From contig NC_134034.1 in the NCBI RefSeq assembly GCF_964204645.1, positions 8,568,962 through 8,632,961 on the forward strand: a DNA stretch of 64,000 nt. The letters run 5' to 3'. Position numbers and translations under genes: made by a program. This document shows positions 13,687-32,856 of the stretch, one piece after another. Each line of letters begins with the position of its first letter. Within the stretch, counting starts at the first letter, position 1. The DNA is from Tubulanus polymorphus. Taxonomy: Eukaryota > Animalia > Nemertea. The notes under the pieces are model-generated. The model saw only the letters and a list, made by a program, of their open reading frames with translations, ran no database searches and was not told where the DNA came from.

Positions 13687-13937
13687 TGTCGCCAAAGCAA
13701 TTTTGTCATTTCTTGTAACTTTATGTGACAGTAAGGTGCTGCCACCTTTTCTGGTGTGCAAGTTTCATTTTTTCCTAAAATGAGGGTTTTAGTTCCAACT
13801 TAATTGAAACTTCCTGTGAAAACAAAATAGATGGAACATGAATGACATGAGAATGAATACTGTTCGAATAAATTCGACATAAGAGGAGGAAAGTAGTTAC
13901 TTATGGTTTTATTTTCTGATTGAGTTTATTCGCAACA
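13687..13937 (+). repeat. 3' LTR of the BEL/Pao element
   Basis: Follows a BEL-like purine tract (GTCGGGA); TGTCGC...CGCAACA termini; internal AATAAA near 13867. Confidence 0.6.
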
Positions 13938-14705
13938 CCTGCGACTGATGGATACGACTCATGTGCATATTCAATGCATTATAAGACGTAACTCTCTCTG
14001 CACATTTTCTAAATGGACAGGGAAATTTGATGTTTGGCAGATGTCGATGTTGGGAATAATGTCTACAATAGGCTTTCAAAGACTTGTGAGACGATCCACG
14101 TAAATGACATACGTATGTTATCCGACCTTGATGATTCCACTTCTCCCCCTAAAAAATCAAAACCCCTCTGATAAACTGGGACAGTGTTTTGTCACTGCTG
14201 GGGGAATTAATGGCCGTGCAGATATTCATGTCATTTGAAATCACCCGAAACTGGGACATATTTTGACTTGATTGGCCACTGAAATGCCTCTTTCAGTACC
14301 GGTAGTACATTACGTACCACATTTCCCTGGTGCAAATTGAATCGTGATCCTTTTAGTTGAATTGTTGGTGTTCAACATTGTCTTTGACTTGAGGTCAGAG
14401 CCCCGGTAATTTTTGCGAAACTCAAAAAATACATTGGCGGTACGGGGGCAGTTCAGTGGATGATGATCAACAGAGACAGTGTACAGTTTTATGTGCAGAG
14501 ACTAAATCGAAATTTGAGTTTCACTCCTTCGCGAAAATGGACCCGATGTATGACGACACACGCTGCGGGAACGACGAACGTACTTTTTTCAAGCCGAGTG
14601 ACATTACAATACAAGAAGGCATATGTTTTCGATTCAATCAATTAATATTTGGACCTTTTAATCCGTTCATGTAGTTCTGCGTGAAATGCTGCTTTTAATT
14701 ACGTT

Positions 14706-14952
14706 CGGGGATGGGAGACGGTATGGCATGGCATGCAAGCAAATAACAATTGCAGATCACTGAGGGAAGGTAGTATTTATTTACATCGAACGAAACGCGT
14801 CGATCGCGGCCGCCGGCTGCTCCCGGCGCTTCACTTCCTTTATTCAAATAGCCGGCCGACTAATCGGCGCCCGACTATGCGAGCCAATCGCGTTCGCGCA
14901 GCGCACCGACCGAGCGTCGATAAACCGGCCGGCTACCTATAGTCGTACTATT
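14706..14952. mobile_element. ~250-bp GC-rich dispersed element (uninterrupted copy)
   Basis: Inverted, highly similar copy at 29087-29303 plus 40105-40149; CGGGGATGGGA end; imperfect flanking duplication ATTACGTT / GTAACGTT. Confidence 0.75.
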
Positions 14953-16903
14953 GTAACGTTACATCGTTCTAGTTGATCATCGATCGCAATGGCCCGTACG
15001 AAGCAGACCGCGCGTAAATCCACCGGAGGAAAGGGTTGACGGTATATCCAGGACTGAAAAGTCACCTAGTGACCTTCACCTTAATATTCGGTTGCAATGT
15101 ATTCCTTTTTCCAAGGCCGTTTGGCTGCACCAGTTTTGGCGGGACATTTTATGATTTTTGGCGCAGCGGCGCTTGCTGATGTAACTGATGATGGAAACAT
15201 GACTACGGCGTATTTTGATTCGTTTGAAGCTGTATGTGAACACATCAGATCCCACGAGATAGAGAATTGGACAAAGTACTGTGTTCAGCATAAAGATCCG
15301 ATTATTAATGACCATGGTAAATCATAATCACGACACGATCTGACCCACCAAACCAGGCCTTGTGACCCGGCCAGCCGACCTCCGAAAGGGGAGGGGGCTG
15401 GATCTAGACGTCCCCCCAGGCCAGGGGACTACTTTTTGCTGAGCAGTGAATTTATTTTCTTTCCATTATTATCGCAAAAGTACATAGTTTTACAAAACTT
15501 TTATTATATACGTAGCCCTAGTCAGTGTAGTGAGTGACTTGTTTGTGGACCCTTGTTTGTTGTCGACCATTTATACTAATTTAATATTTGTACCCCCCTT
15601 TTTCAATATGCTGGATTCGCCCTTTGTCTTTAATCGTTTGTGGAAATGTGTATTTTAAGTTTTATGCTAAAAAGAGAGAAAGTACCTTATAATACTGTAT
15701 AAAGTGTTCTAAATTATATTCAAGAGATAAAAATGTCTAAAATAAAACATGTCATCCTGTAGCGGCCATTTTCCAAGATGGCCGGCATTCAAAGTAGGCC
15801 CCATGGCCTAGGCCTATCAGCATTGGATTTAAAGAAACTAAACAAATCTTTAATTTTATAAATTAGTGATTTCATAAACGTGTCAAATTCCATCTATAAA
15901 AAATAAGGATATCTAGTGGGAGTGTGGGACAGGAAACAAGGAAAATCATTGTTTGGCCTAGAAATAGATTTTTCTGTGAATAAATCAATGAATTTGCAAC
16001 AAGTGACACAGGAGTGAAAAAGTAGCAGGTGGGCTGTTACAGCATCCTTTATCAACCTCAAGTACCTTCTACAGTCTTGAAGTTGTCTTTGTTAACACTA
16101 GAGTGACATAAACTGGTAAGCATGGTATTCTTATTCCAGATTAGCTATAATAATGGGGAACACAGGTCCAGTTGTCAAGTGGCCTGACAGTACCAAGCTG
16201 GAATCTCTATACCTCTGGGTAGTGTGTGTGTGTGTGCGTGTGTAAGGCCACAAAAGCCACATAATGTGTTTTATATCTGGCTACTGAAAAATTGCATTGT
16301 AAGACATTAACTAATTTCTATTTTTAGGTAATGGCTTGTCTTTTTTGTGGCAGTGATACAAAAACTGTCATAAAGTCCTCCAGAATCGAGTGTCCGCAAT
16401 GCAAGTCATCAACGCTGTGATGACATATCTGATAAACTTGAAATTGGAGCAACTGATTTCATGTGTCATAAAAACTGTCTTAGCACCTATTGTTCGAAAC
16501 ATTATATCGAGAGACACTTAAAACAAAAACAAACTGCAGAAAGCAAACATGCCCAACCATCGCCTAAACGCAGAAGATGCTCAACGACGAGATTTAAATT
16601 TCGCCAACACTGTTTTCTCTGTGGAGAGGAATGCATCATGGAACGCAACAAGAAGAATCCTACGAGATGGAGACCAGCATATTCATGTCGGACTGTTACT
16701 GGCCAAAGAAATTCATCGAAAGAGGCCTTTCTCTCCCGTGTGATGGAACGAAATGATGAGTGGGGTAGAGAGGTAGCATTTCGAATAAATACAGCATTGA
16801 GTGACTAGCATGCAGCAGATGCTCGGTACCACAAGGATTGCATTTCGAGACTCGTCAGTAACCCTCCAAATGTAAGAAATACCAACTCGACAGATACAGC
16901 ACT

Positions 16904-22122
<5,219 letters not shown>

Positions 22123-25100
22123 CACTCGAAAAATGTGTGGAGAATATGACCAATGACCGTACACGCATGTGGAACAGTACTGAATTATACAACATGTATC
22201 TAGAACTGGAAGGGACACAGTTATCTCAGCGAACACTCGTCGACAAGTTGATTGAGATCCTGGCTCCAGATTTAATTGTTTTGACATCTCCAGGTATTGT
22301 GTCCATTGTAGTTTTTCGCAGCAAGGCGAGACTGAATATTGTTGATGATGCTAAGAGTGACTGTAATGTACGTAGCATCAGTAATTTGGCCAGAACTATC
22401 CGCTCTGAATGTCCAAAATCTGACCCTCGATATTATGCAACACGTATCTCACAGCAATCCCTTCTCACTGAATGTAGTGATACGTTATTGGCCCTTCTTG
22501 CTTCCATATCTCCCAAATTGGATGGAACATTGCCCGCCATAATGATTGGTCATATAGTTACAAGTGCTGTTACTGGTCAGACAACAAGCCTACAGTTAGC
22601 CCTGAGTGCATTGTTAAACAAACAACGGAAAATCCTGGATCAGCTTCACAATTTCAGCATCACATCTTCATATGACGAACTCCGACGTTTCGGAGTATCA
22701 TCTGCGATTTCAATGGCTAAGGAACCAAGAGAAATTGCACAATTTGATAGCCGAAATGGTTTGGTACAACTTGTGGCAGATAACTTTGACACATATCATC
22801 TCAAAATAGTCAGAAATCAACACATGGTTTGGCAATGATCATGACGCAAGCTGCTGCGCAACGGCCAACATTGGCAAACAATGACAACCCCGATACCTCC
22901 TCAATCAAACGTCTCAGTAGAGATGTAATGAAGAGACGGCATCTGACCTTAGGAGATATAAACGTTCAGCGCTACCACGGCAGTAAAAAATCTAAGATGC
23001 CTCATAGTTGCACTTAACGTGTTCTTCCATCTCTTGCTTTCCTCGCCACAACTCGTGTGTCTTTGAATAGACGAGGATCAGAAGACATGATTTTTTTGAG
23101 AGATGTAGTAGCAGAAAAGTCATGTGCATAATACAGTGGCTTCAATACGAAACGTGCACGGGAGAGTGGACAGCAAATGCAGTCAAAGTCCAGCCTAGTG
23201 TATACTCCATTTCTCGACATGCCTCCAGCTGAACCGGACACAATGAAAACTGCAATGGTTGAAGCACAGCGCTTGAGTGAATTGACTGGTCAGAAGTTGA
23301 CGGTACTCACAACAGATCAGCAACTCAATGCGGTGTGTGTCAACGTTACATGGATTGATGAAGAGCGTTTCAAGTGCTTCGTACCTAGACTTGGTGGCAT
23401 GCATGCGTTAATGAGCTTTGTCGGAGCATCAGCAATCCTCATGGCAGGTTCCGGTCTCGAAGATGTACTAAAGTCTACATTTGCCGGTGTGCCCAAGCTT
23501 CTATCTGGAGAGAAATTTCCGCAGAATATCAGAGCTTTGCGTATCGTTGTAGAAGAACTTCTGCGCCCAATCCTAATGGATGATAACAACAATCTACTTA
23601 CAGTTGACCATCTGGAAGATTATTTAGACAAGAGAATTAAACTGAGTAAAACTACAAAACTTTGGGTGGATTGCCTCATCAAACCTGTGCTCATCATGAT
23701 GGCATTCGTTCCCGCTGAGTGGGAAGGTGACTGGCCACTACAGCTGTATGCTGTAGAGAAGATGCTGCTATACTTTATCGCTTCAAGTCATGTTAACTAT
23801 GCGAGGTATGGACTTTACTATTTACGGTCGATACAACGTCTTCCTCGGGAACTTCTGAAGAGATTTCTAGCAGGAGAGCATGTAATGCGCCATCAAGATG
23901 GACTCTTGAATGGTATCTGGTCAGACTTATTCATCGAATCTACTTACATGCGGTATGGGCATGGACCTTCTGGCATTATCGGTTCTACCCTTGATGAAAC
24001 CACCCTTGCTATTTGGGCCCGATCACACAGCACGCTAGGGCAGTTGATGGCAGATCAGGAATCATTGAAATCATGTACAGCTTGTGCGATAACTAGCCAC
24101 AAGGAGGAGCGAAAGTTGCGCGTGAAGTCAGATACTGAGGATAGGCTACACATCCGAGAAGCACTGTCAACATGCTTTGAAATATTTGACCACAAGACTC
24201 ATCCAACGACTGGACCTATAGATATATATTCTGGGCAAGTTGTCGATGACCCAACAGTGAATGTCCACGAAGCACTTCAAATTGGTGAAATTGATAGGGT
24301 GAACTACGAAAAACTCTGGCCTGATGGTTTCGACAGTACATTGACAAAGAATGTAAAGACTATGGCGAATGCCACCAACCAGAAAAAAACGATTGAACAG
24401 TGGACAACAGGTCATCAATACAGAGTTTGTATATGCACGTGTCATCGGACTTATGGCGACATCGAGGGAGAACATTTCCATCGAAACATTCTTTGCCTAT
24501 GAATTGGCTCCACATACAACAGCTCTGTTTGATGACAATGGCGATATACGTAAGAAAAACAAATAAGTGCTCAAGTCTAAGATGCAGTGTGTCGTCCGGC
24601 ATACAGACCCACCACAGGTTGTCATCCTTGATGGATGTGCCATACTTTGGACAGTTCCATGGCCATCATTGCCAGCAAAGGTTTCGCTATATGTCTCTAA
24701 TGTGGTATCTGTCATCATGCGCAGACTTGGTACATGTAAAATTCTCCATGTTGTGTTCGATCGATATTACAAGAATAGTATAAAGTCATCATGCCGAACA
24801 ACACGTCAGAAAGGGGTCTCGCGAGTTTACAAACTAACAGAAGAGTCACTGTTACCAAAACAGGCTGTTGCACTCAATGTCAGTGTAAACAAGAATATGA
24901 TCATTCAGATGATAGTTGATAAGCTATCTGATGTGCAGGTTCCTGCTGGTAAACGAATGGTTGTCACTGGACCAGAACTGAAACCAATAGAACTTGGAGT
25001 TGGTGCACAGGAGGTGGAAGTGAAACACGAGGAGGCTGATGTGATGATCGTCTATCATATGATCAACGAGGCTGCTGCTGGCCACTCACCGATCAGAATC

Positions 25101-26459
25101 GCGTGTGATGACACAGATGTTCTCCTCATACTTGCACACCATCTGCATGCCAGAACAAACGACATCCCAGAAACTGTACAAGTGTCCATTGAAGAATGTT
25201 CTCGAAATCATGCTATCATCAGTGTGAACAATGTGATAAAGGAACACAGATCTGTTATTTCGAACATTCTATGTGCCCATGCCCTAACTGGCTGTGACAC
25301 AGTCTCGTCATTCTCCGGAATAGGAAAAGCAACGGTTTAAAAAAAACTGAAGTCATTTCCAGATCAGCTTCTTCTTGGGAATCTGACTGTATCGAACGAA
25401 CATGTTACAGATTCTTGCATGCAGTTCGTAAGATCACTTTACAATCAAATGCCATTGGACACATTAAGTTTGATGAGAGCTGCCATGTTTACAGCTAAGA
25501 TTGCCGGCAAGTGCCATACACCACCAAAGTCAAAAACTTTACCACCAACATTAGCAGCATTCCATGCCCATTGCCAGCGAGCACATTACCAGACGGCGGT
25601 ATAGATGTCAGCTGGACAACCTTCTCCACCTGACCTCGATCCATTAGAGTATGGCTGGGAGAAGAATGGACAGTCACTCAGTCAAGTCCATTGTATTTCA
25701 GCGCAGCCAATTGCTCCCAACGAGGTGTTAAATATTGTAAGTTGCCACTGCAAGGGTGATTGTCGCACTGCGTTGTGCTCATGTTATAAGGTCACCATCA
25801 CATGTACTCAGTTTTGTAATTGTAATGGCGGGTCATCTTGTCGAAACCCAATGACGGTTTCTGCATCTGAGGACACCGACAGTGCTAGTGAAAGTAGTGA
25901 TGATTATGACGAGATAGACATTTAACTAACTTGCACTGGTATGTATCGTTCAATATGCCTTGACGAAACTGAGAAACAGACAATTTTTCATTATCTGGAA
26001 AATGGCTGCTACTGGATGACATGTTTCATTTTAGACATTTTTATTACCCAAATAAAATTCAGAACACTTTAAACAGTATTATTAGACACTTTGACTGATC
26101 TAACTGGATGATTTTAAAAAATCCTTAAAAAACAGCGGCCATCTTAGAATTCAAGATTTTGCAATTTCAAAATGTTAAACGTCGTAATCAGTTTTGGAAT
26201 ACCAAAGAACATGTGAATCGATACCAAGATCGTGAAAATCGGACATTTATATATCTTCTTCAATATTTTTCCCACAGGGGCGGCGGCCATCTTGGATTTT
26301 GGGGTTTTGACGAAAACGCTCAAGAGTGCCAGTCTGGCACTCATCAGATTTGGATTCAGCACCCCAAAATCTAATAGAAACAGCAAAAAACTGACTAGAT
26401 ATAAAAAAATGAAGTTCGGCTAAAAAACAAGGTTTATCTCTTGGACTACTGCGGAGAAA

Positions 26460-26878
26460 CAAGGTATCATTTTTGTTTAGCCTAAGACATTATTTACTTA
26501 ATGTACCTCCATACTGAATGGGGACAAGAAAAGCATTGCTGTTTTTCAATTCAAGTGATTGTCTGAAATAAAGGATTTAAATTAAAGAAACTAGTATCGT
26601 GTTTTTCATCCATTAATCTCGTGAAAATTTTCATGAGGTGTGATTTGTCATTATTTTTGGGGTAATCATATATATGGAATATGTTTTTCCGTTGCATTTT
26701 CTGATAGCTGTGAAAGTTACCTTTCATTTGGTGTAAAGATTATCTGTCTATCTTCATAAATAAAAAAGTTATGAAGATTTTAGTACATGTAGTATCCCAG
26801 CTCGTTGTTTAATTGCATCGGTCATATACCTTGGGCACAAAATACCTTTCGAGGGAAAAACGGGAGGGTACCAAAGGG
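26460..26878. mobile_element. Right end of a piggyBac-like non-autonomous element
   Basis: Ends ...CCAAAGGG followed by TTAA; no partner end found, so the left boundary is a guess. Confidence 0.4.
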
Positions 26879-27791
26879 TTAAGGTTTTATCTTCTGCTTT
26901 TATGTAACAACAAAAGTTTCGAGTCGGCATTACTAGAAATCTTACATCGGTTATCCCAGATTTGAGCGTATTGGTCCCGCGGTCGCAAAGACGACAGGCT
27001 GCGTGCGTGCTGCGTAATCAGGATTAGGGGGTGTCTGTCTGGTCGTGCCACAAATTCCCAAGGCCATTTGTTTCAGAGGTTGTAGGCGTTCAAATTGCCG
27101 TTTTCATGCGATCCGAGTATAATATATGATACATAATATCAGAAGAAAATTTGTTGCTGTTTCAAAGTTTGGCCCAAGATTTTATCATTCGACATTTCAC
27201 CGTTAATTCCAACGGGTATTGGCCTAGTGCGCCGCGCGCATACAAACACGTTTAGGTTTGACATTTTTTTTCCTGCAGTTTGATAATGTATTTAATAAAG
27301 TTTCAATTGCATTTTCTCGAAAATTGATATATACGCACAGAGATTCGCGCTTGTTGCTCTCTGCTCCTCAGTCGGTTAGTTATAGCGCGCTTTTTGATAG
27401 ATACAGTGCGTCACATTCTATGTAATCTGATATGTATTTTTCTTCAACGCGACTTATGTTTCATGTGTAGGCGCGCGTATTTCTTTCATTTTTTTCAAGT
27501 AACAAAGACAACGACCCAGACAAAATCAAGAAGAAACCATCACAAAATCCACAAAACAAAGAAACCAACAAAAACAAAAAAAATCAACGCGTACATACAT
27601 AAAGACAATAATTATATTCGACGAGTCGAGTCCTCAGTACGTAGGTAAAAGGCGAAGCAAATCTTTTTCACTTTGTAGTGCACTGATTTCCTGTTCTCAT
27701 TTTGAAAATTAAACATTATAACATTATCATTTTCTCTTTAACAAACAATATAACATTTTGTCTCTTTGCACTCATATAAATTAGACGCATT

Positions 27792-29085
27792 ATGACTACT
27801 CTCTTAGACAGGTCAGCTACCCTGATCTTTGAACCTGAGCCCGACGGTAATGACAATAGGCACATTACTCAAACAGAAATCATAAAACACCTCCAACAGT
27901 ACGACATTGAACTATCAGAAATATGCCAAGTGTCGAGAACGTCTGATAACACTTATGAGGTCAGTTTCACTGATTCCTGAACGATAGGAGGATTTCTGGC
28001 AGACATGAAATATAAGATACCCTCAATCAAGGGCACTCGAATAAATTTTCAACGTGCACCCAACGTTACATCGGACACGAAGCCTTTTGTGTGGCTTCAC
28101 ATATATGGGGCACCCTTTGAACTGGCAAGCCAAGACATAGACAAAAAACTTTCGGAAAAATACGGGTTCAAGACCCTTTCGCATAAAAGAGGGGTTCTCC
28201 AGTACTATCCGCAAATCTTTTCGGGAGTCCGCCACTTCAAGGGCTACATTGATAAGCCTATATATCGTACCATGTACGTTAAAAAAGCCAGGATCACGGT
28301 CAAGTACGATGGCCAAATAGAACAACCTCCTCTTTGCTACGTATGCCGCGAGAGGGGGCACATAGTAAAGGACTGCACGAAAGATGCTGCACAACACCAG
28401 CTCATCAACAGCATCTAAAGTACGCACAGGCGGTATTTATACCACATACTGTAGCCTTCCCAAGAACTGGCCCAAATACCGCTCCCCGAACCAAGGATCG
28501 AGGAAGCCGACGAGCTAAATGATCAGGATCCACCTCCACTAACCCAACCAACCGCATACACCTTGGACGTGACATCCAAATATACACGGATATGATCGAT
28601 CTACCGATATATCCTCCTATGATACGCTCGTATGATGATAAAGCTGAACCTCGTGTGTCGAGCCAGGCTCTAACATCGACCCCAAAAAGACCAAGAAGCA
28701 CACCAGAAGAAAAAATAGACAAAAGAATGAAAACCTCCACAAAGAACATACAATTCGTTGATGTCTAAATTATATCTGCATGGATCTAAATCCTCTAAAC
28801 GTGGTAACCCTCAATACTGAGGGCCTATCAACCAAAATTCCTGACATTGTCGCACAAATTAAAAAAATTTGGAAAACCAATTATCCTACTACACGAAACC
28901 CACAACCCCCCTGAAAGAACGATCAAATACCTTGAAAACAAGACTAGCAACCATATTTTCAACAACCCAGCAAGCTGGAACCATGTTTCTAATTCCCAAC
29001 ATAATAGCAGCCGAACACTATATAACCTTTCCGATTTTTAATACCAGGACGACTATCACATATCTATTTAAAAACAAAACTATAG
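27792..29085 (+). mobile_element. L1/Tx1-clade LINE copy A: ORF1 plus start of ORF2 endonuclease, 3'-truncated
   Basis: ORF1 with zinc knuckle CYVCRERGHIVKDC; ORF2 begins near 28780 (TLNTEGL, LLHETH); clearly homologous to the copy at 41065. Confidence 0.8.
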
Positions 29086-29086
29086 C

Positions 29087-29303
29087 AATAGTACGACGAT
29101 AGTGTCGCCGGCCGGTTTATCGACGCTCTTTCGGCGCGCTGCGCGAACGCGATTGGCTCGCATAGCCGGGCGCCGATTGGTCGGCCGGCTATTTGAATAA
29201 AGGAAGTGAAGCGCCGGGAGCAGCCGGCGGCCGCGATGGACGCGTTTCGTTCGATGTAAATAAATACTACCTTCCCTCAGTGATGTACGCCGATATCTGT
29301 AAT
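29087..29303. mobile_element. Left part of second copy of the ~250-bp element (continues at 40105-40149)
   Basis: Reverse complement of ~14750-14952, split by the ISL2EU insertion. Confidence 0.8.
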
Positions 29304-30226
29304 GGGGAATGTCAGTTAGTCGTCCACTATGATATTTATTTATCTGTCATCTATAAACATAAATCAGCCTTAAATCACGATGCCTCTGTACTGTGCAGTT
29401 CCGAAATGTACTAGAACAGGTGGGCACAAGTTCCCACAGGATGAAGATTTGTGTAATCGGTGAGTGATAGCGATAAAAAGGCTTCAGAGTGATGGTTCAA
29501 AGAAGCTTTATAGACCTGGCAAATGGGATGTAGTGTGCTACAAGCATTTTACTGAAAACGATTACGGGCCTGCTGGTTTGTTAGGTGAGTAATGATCTGG
29601 TATTACATGTATATGCAATTTGGCTACTATAACAGGTGACCACGAATCTGGAAAACAGGGAAAACAGGGAAAACACAGGGAAATGATTTTTCTCAGGGAA
29701 AACACTGGGAAATTACTTTTGTCTCGCACGCGCGTTTTCACCGCGAATTTTCACAATTGTCTACCTGATTATATATCAAGGATCATATGGTAAGTAATAC
29801 TTTTCTTTTAAGTCATGTAATCTTGTTAACGTTTCAGTTCTGTTATGTCATTTCCACAGACATTTTAAAGACGTATTTCGTTGAAGTTCATTGAAGGTAC
29901 ATTGAAGATTAGCCTCCTCTTTCACTGCATTTGCTGAATCATGTTATACATGTACCTGTCATCACTTTAATGCACCTTGTTACTTTTAACCCATACCAGT
30001 ACTAACAATGTTTTAAATGCGCTGCAACTAACTCTTACACTTACTTTCTAAAGATGTCAGGTATCAAACCTATAAATTAATACATTTCGTGTATGATGTA
30101 CAGCTACATGAAATGCTTTGAAACTTAAGCTTTGCAAACCAATTTTTGCAACATGAATTGTTACTGTACAATCCTTAGTCCTAGTCCACACACTGTCTGT
30201 AGCAGGGAAAAACCACTGTTAACAGT

Positions 30227-30349
30227 ACATATATATATATATATATGTATGTATGTATGTATGTACGTATGTACGTACGTACGTATGTATGTACGTACGT
30301 ACGTATATATACGTATATATACGTACATGAATGTACGTACGTACATACA

Positions 30350-30385
<36 letters not shown>

Positions 30386-30391
30386 TATATA
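30227..30391. repeat. Compound TA/TATG/TACG/CATA microsatellite
   Basis: Seen directly in the sequence. Confidence 0.95.
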
Positions 30392-30677
30392 GGCCTAACT
30401 ACAGTAATGTGGATAAATCTACGTGGACATTGATGTATATTTTGCCATAATTTTCAAAATATTTTTTGTTGTTTTTAGGCCAATTCTAATTAAGAGTAAG
30501 GTGGGATACTATATGGCTTTTTTTCTATTCTGCTTTGTTTCAAGCTTCTTGTTATTACCCTGCTATATAAATAAAATACGTTAATGTGCTTGGTCTCAAT
30601 GAAAAAATATAAAATCCATAAGTTGATAGTGAAGCTAATAATTCAACATTCATTTATTGTAGGTTTGAAAGTCTGAA

Positions 30678-32856
30678 ATGGCATTCAAAACTCCATACCT
30701 GAGTCGGTTTAACATTGACTGGATTAATCCTGCACTGAACCCAAACTGGAGCAAATGGCTGGAGAAGGTAGACGATCCATTTAAAGCTAAATGCAAGATA
30801 TGTTTTAAAACATTCGAGCTGAGCAACATGGGAAGGTTGGCAATAAAAAGTCACGCAGATAGCAAGACTCACATTAGAAATGCAGACGGCTCTCGTCCAA
30901 ATGCATCAATGAAGTCCTTTCTAAGTCCTAAATCACCTGTTGTTACTGCATCTGTTTGACAAGATCGGACAGTCGAAGATATAAATATTTCTGTGTCGTC
31001 AAAATGTCCACGTACATGTACCTTGAGTTCATATGTTAAGAAAGATGATGTAGCCAGAGCTGAACTAATATGGGCAATGAGGAAAGTTGAAAAACACCAG
31101 TCACTTAGGTCTTGTGAAGATCTCCAAAAAACATTGGCTGCTACATTCCCAGATAGTGAAATAATAAAAAAGTTCACACTTGGGCGGACAAAAGCACAGT
31201 ACTTGATAAACCATGGTTTGGCACCATATTTCCATAAATCACTCGTTGATGCTATTAATGGAACTGAAAGTTTTGTAGTGTGCTTTGATGAAGCAATGAA
31301 TAAAGTAGCACAACGTGGGCAAATGGACATTGTGATACCTTTTTGGGACAACACCAAGAATGAAGTAATATCTCGTTACTTAAAATCAACTTTCTTGGGG
31401 CATGCAACTGCAAGAGATTTGCTTGAAAAGTCCAAAGACGCCCTTGCCGATCTTCAAACAGACAAGATGTTACAAGTTTCAATGGACGGCCCTGCTGTGA
31501 ATTGGAAATTCATCGAATTATTGGATAATGATGAGGAGATATTCAACGGTGACCAGAATATACTAGAACTTGGTTCCTGTGGGCTACATGTTATCCATGG
31601 TGCATTACAGACAGGTCACACAACTGCTAAGTGGAATGTAAATTCATTTTTGAGAGTCATCTATAGACTTTTCAAAGATAGTCCTGCAAGAGGGAGTGAT
31701 TATATATCAATCAATGGAACTCCCAAAGAAGTTCTGTCAAACCTGCTGGGTCGAAAATGCTAGTGTTGCAACTAGAGCTTTGGAGGTGTTTGTAGATGTT
31801 AAGCCATACATAGCCAACTTCAAACAGAAGTCAGAAACCTTAACTAGTAAGGCTGTGTGTGATGGTTTTCGTGATCCATTAATGATTGCCAAGATTTCAT
31901 TTTTTGGACACATCGCTGATATACTTGAACCATTTCTCCGGAAATATCAAACAGATAAACCTATGGTCCCATTCATGTACGATGATATTCAGATAATAAT
32001 GAGAAGTCTTTTGTCCAAAGTTGTGAAGAAGGAGGTTCTTGATAAAGCAACAACTTCAAAACAGCTCATGAAGGTAGATGTTGAAAAAGATTCCCTGAGC
32101 TTTAAGGACATTGAACTTGGGGTAGCAGCTTCCGCTGCGTTACAGAATGCAAAGAAAGTCAGTGATGGAAGCAAACTGGATTTTAGGATGGAATGCAAGA
32201 CATTCATCATTTCATGCATCAACAAAATAAAAGAGAGAAGTCCTCTTCGGTACAGATTAACAAAAGCTGCTTCATGTTTGTCTCCTATCCTGATAAGGCG
32301 TAGTCAGACACTGGCTCTTACAAGAATGGGTGATCTTATATCTATACTTCATGAGTTTGGTAGACTGAAGTCACAGGTTGCTGATACCGCCAAGCAACAG
32401 TTTTCTACCCTATTGAAACAACGTCTAGACACATTCTACGATAGCCACATTGGAGAAAGTGAGAATCTACAGAAGATTCTCCAAGTGATGAAGATTGTAC
32501 TTGTACTTTCTCATGGAAATGCCTCAGTGGAGATCGGATTTTCTGTGAATGGAGATATGCTGGCTGAAAACATGTTGGAGGTGTCACTTGTCGCACAAAG
32601 GCAAGTGTATGGTGCTATCAATGCAATGGGTGGACATCTGAAGGTTCCTATTTCTTCTGCTATGCTGACTGAAAGTAAACTGGCTCGAGGTAGATATGAA
32701 AAAGCATTATCAGATAAACGTTTGACACAGTCAGAAGAAGAAAGACGAAAATCAGCAAAGCGAAAGATTAGTCTTCAAATTAAAGAGCTTAACAAGAAAA
32801 AGGCTAAACTTGCAGCTACAATAGATCAGGAGATAGAACATTTAAAAAAACTATGA
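30678..32856 (+). pseudogene. hAT transposase (BED-like finger, DDE core), one stop and one frameshift
   Basis: CKIC...SH...TH, CFDEA, SMDGP.VN, SCGLH and HGNASVE.GFS across ORFs 30678..30959, 30993..31763 and 31696..32856. Confidence 0.85.

Noticed and set aside
15520-15530. TAGTCAGT as the Academ left terminus, matching ACTGACTA near 26397
   Set aside because: Only 8 bp match and adjacent sequence does not align; TIR similarity starts near 15680.
27030-27050. TGTCTGGTCGTG as a histone start upstream of LINE copy A
   Set aside because: No ATG, only ~12 bp, and not adjacent to a definable LINE start.
30132-30433. YVCM/YIHT-rich ORFs
   Set aside because: Microsatellite translations.
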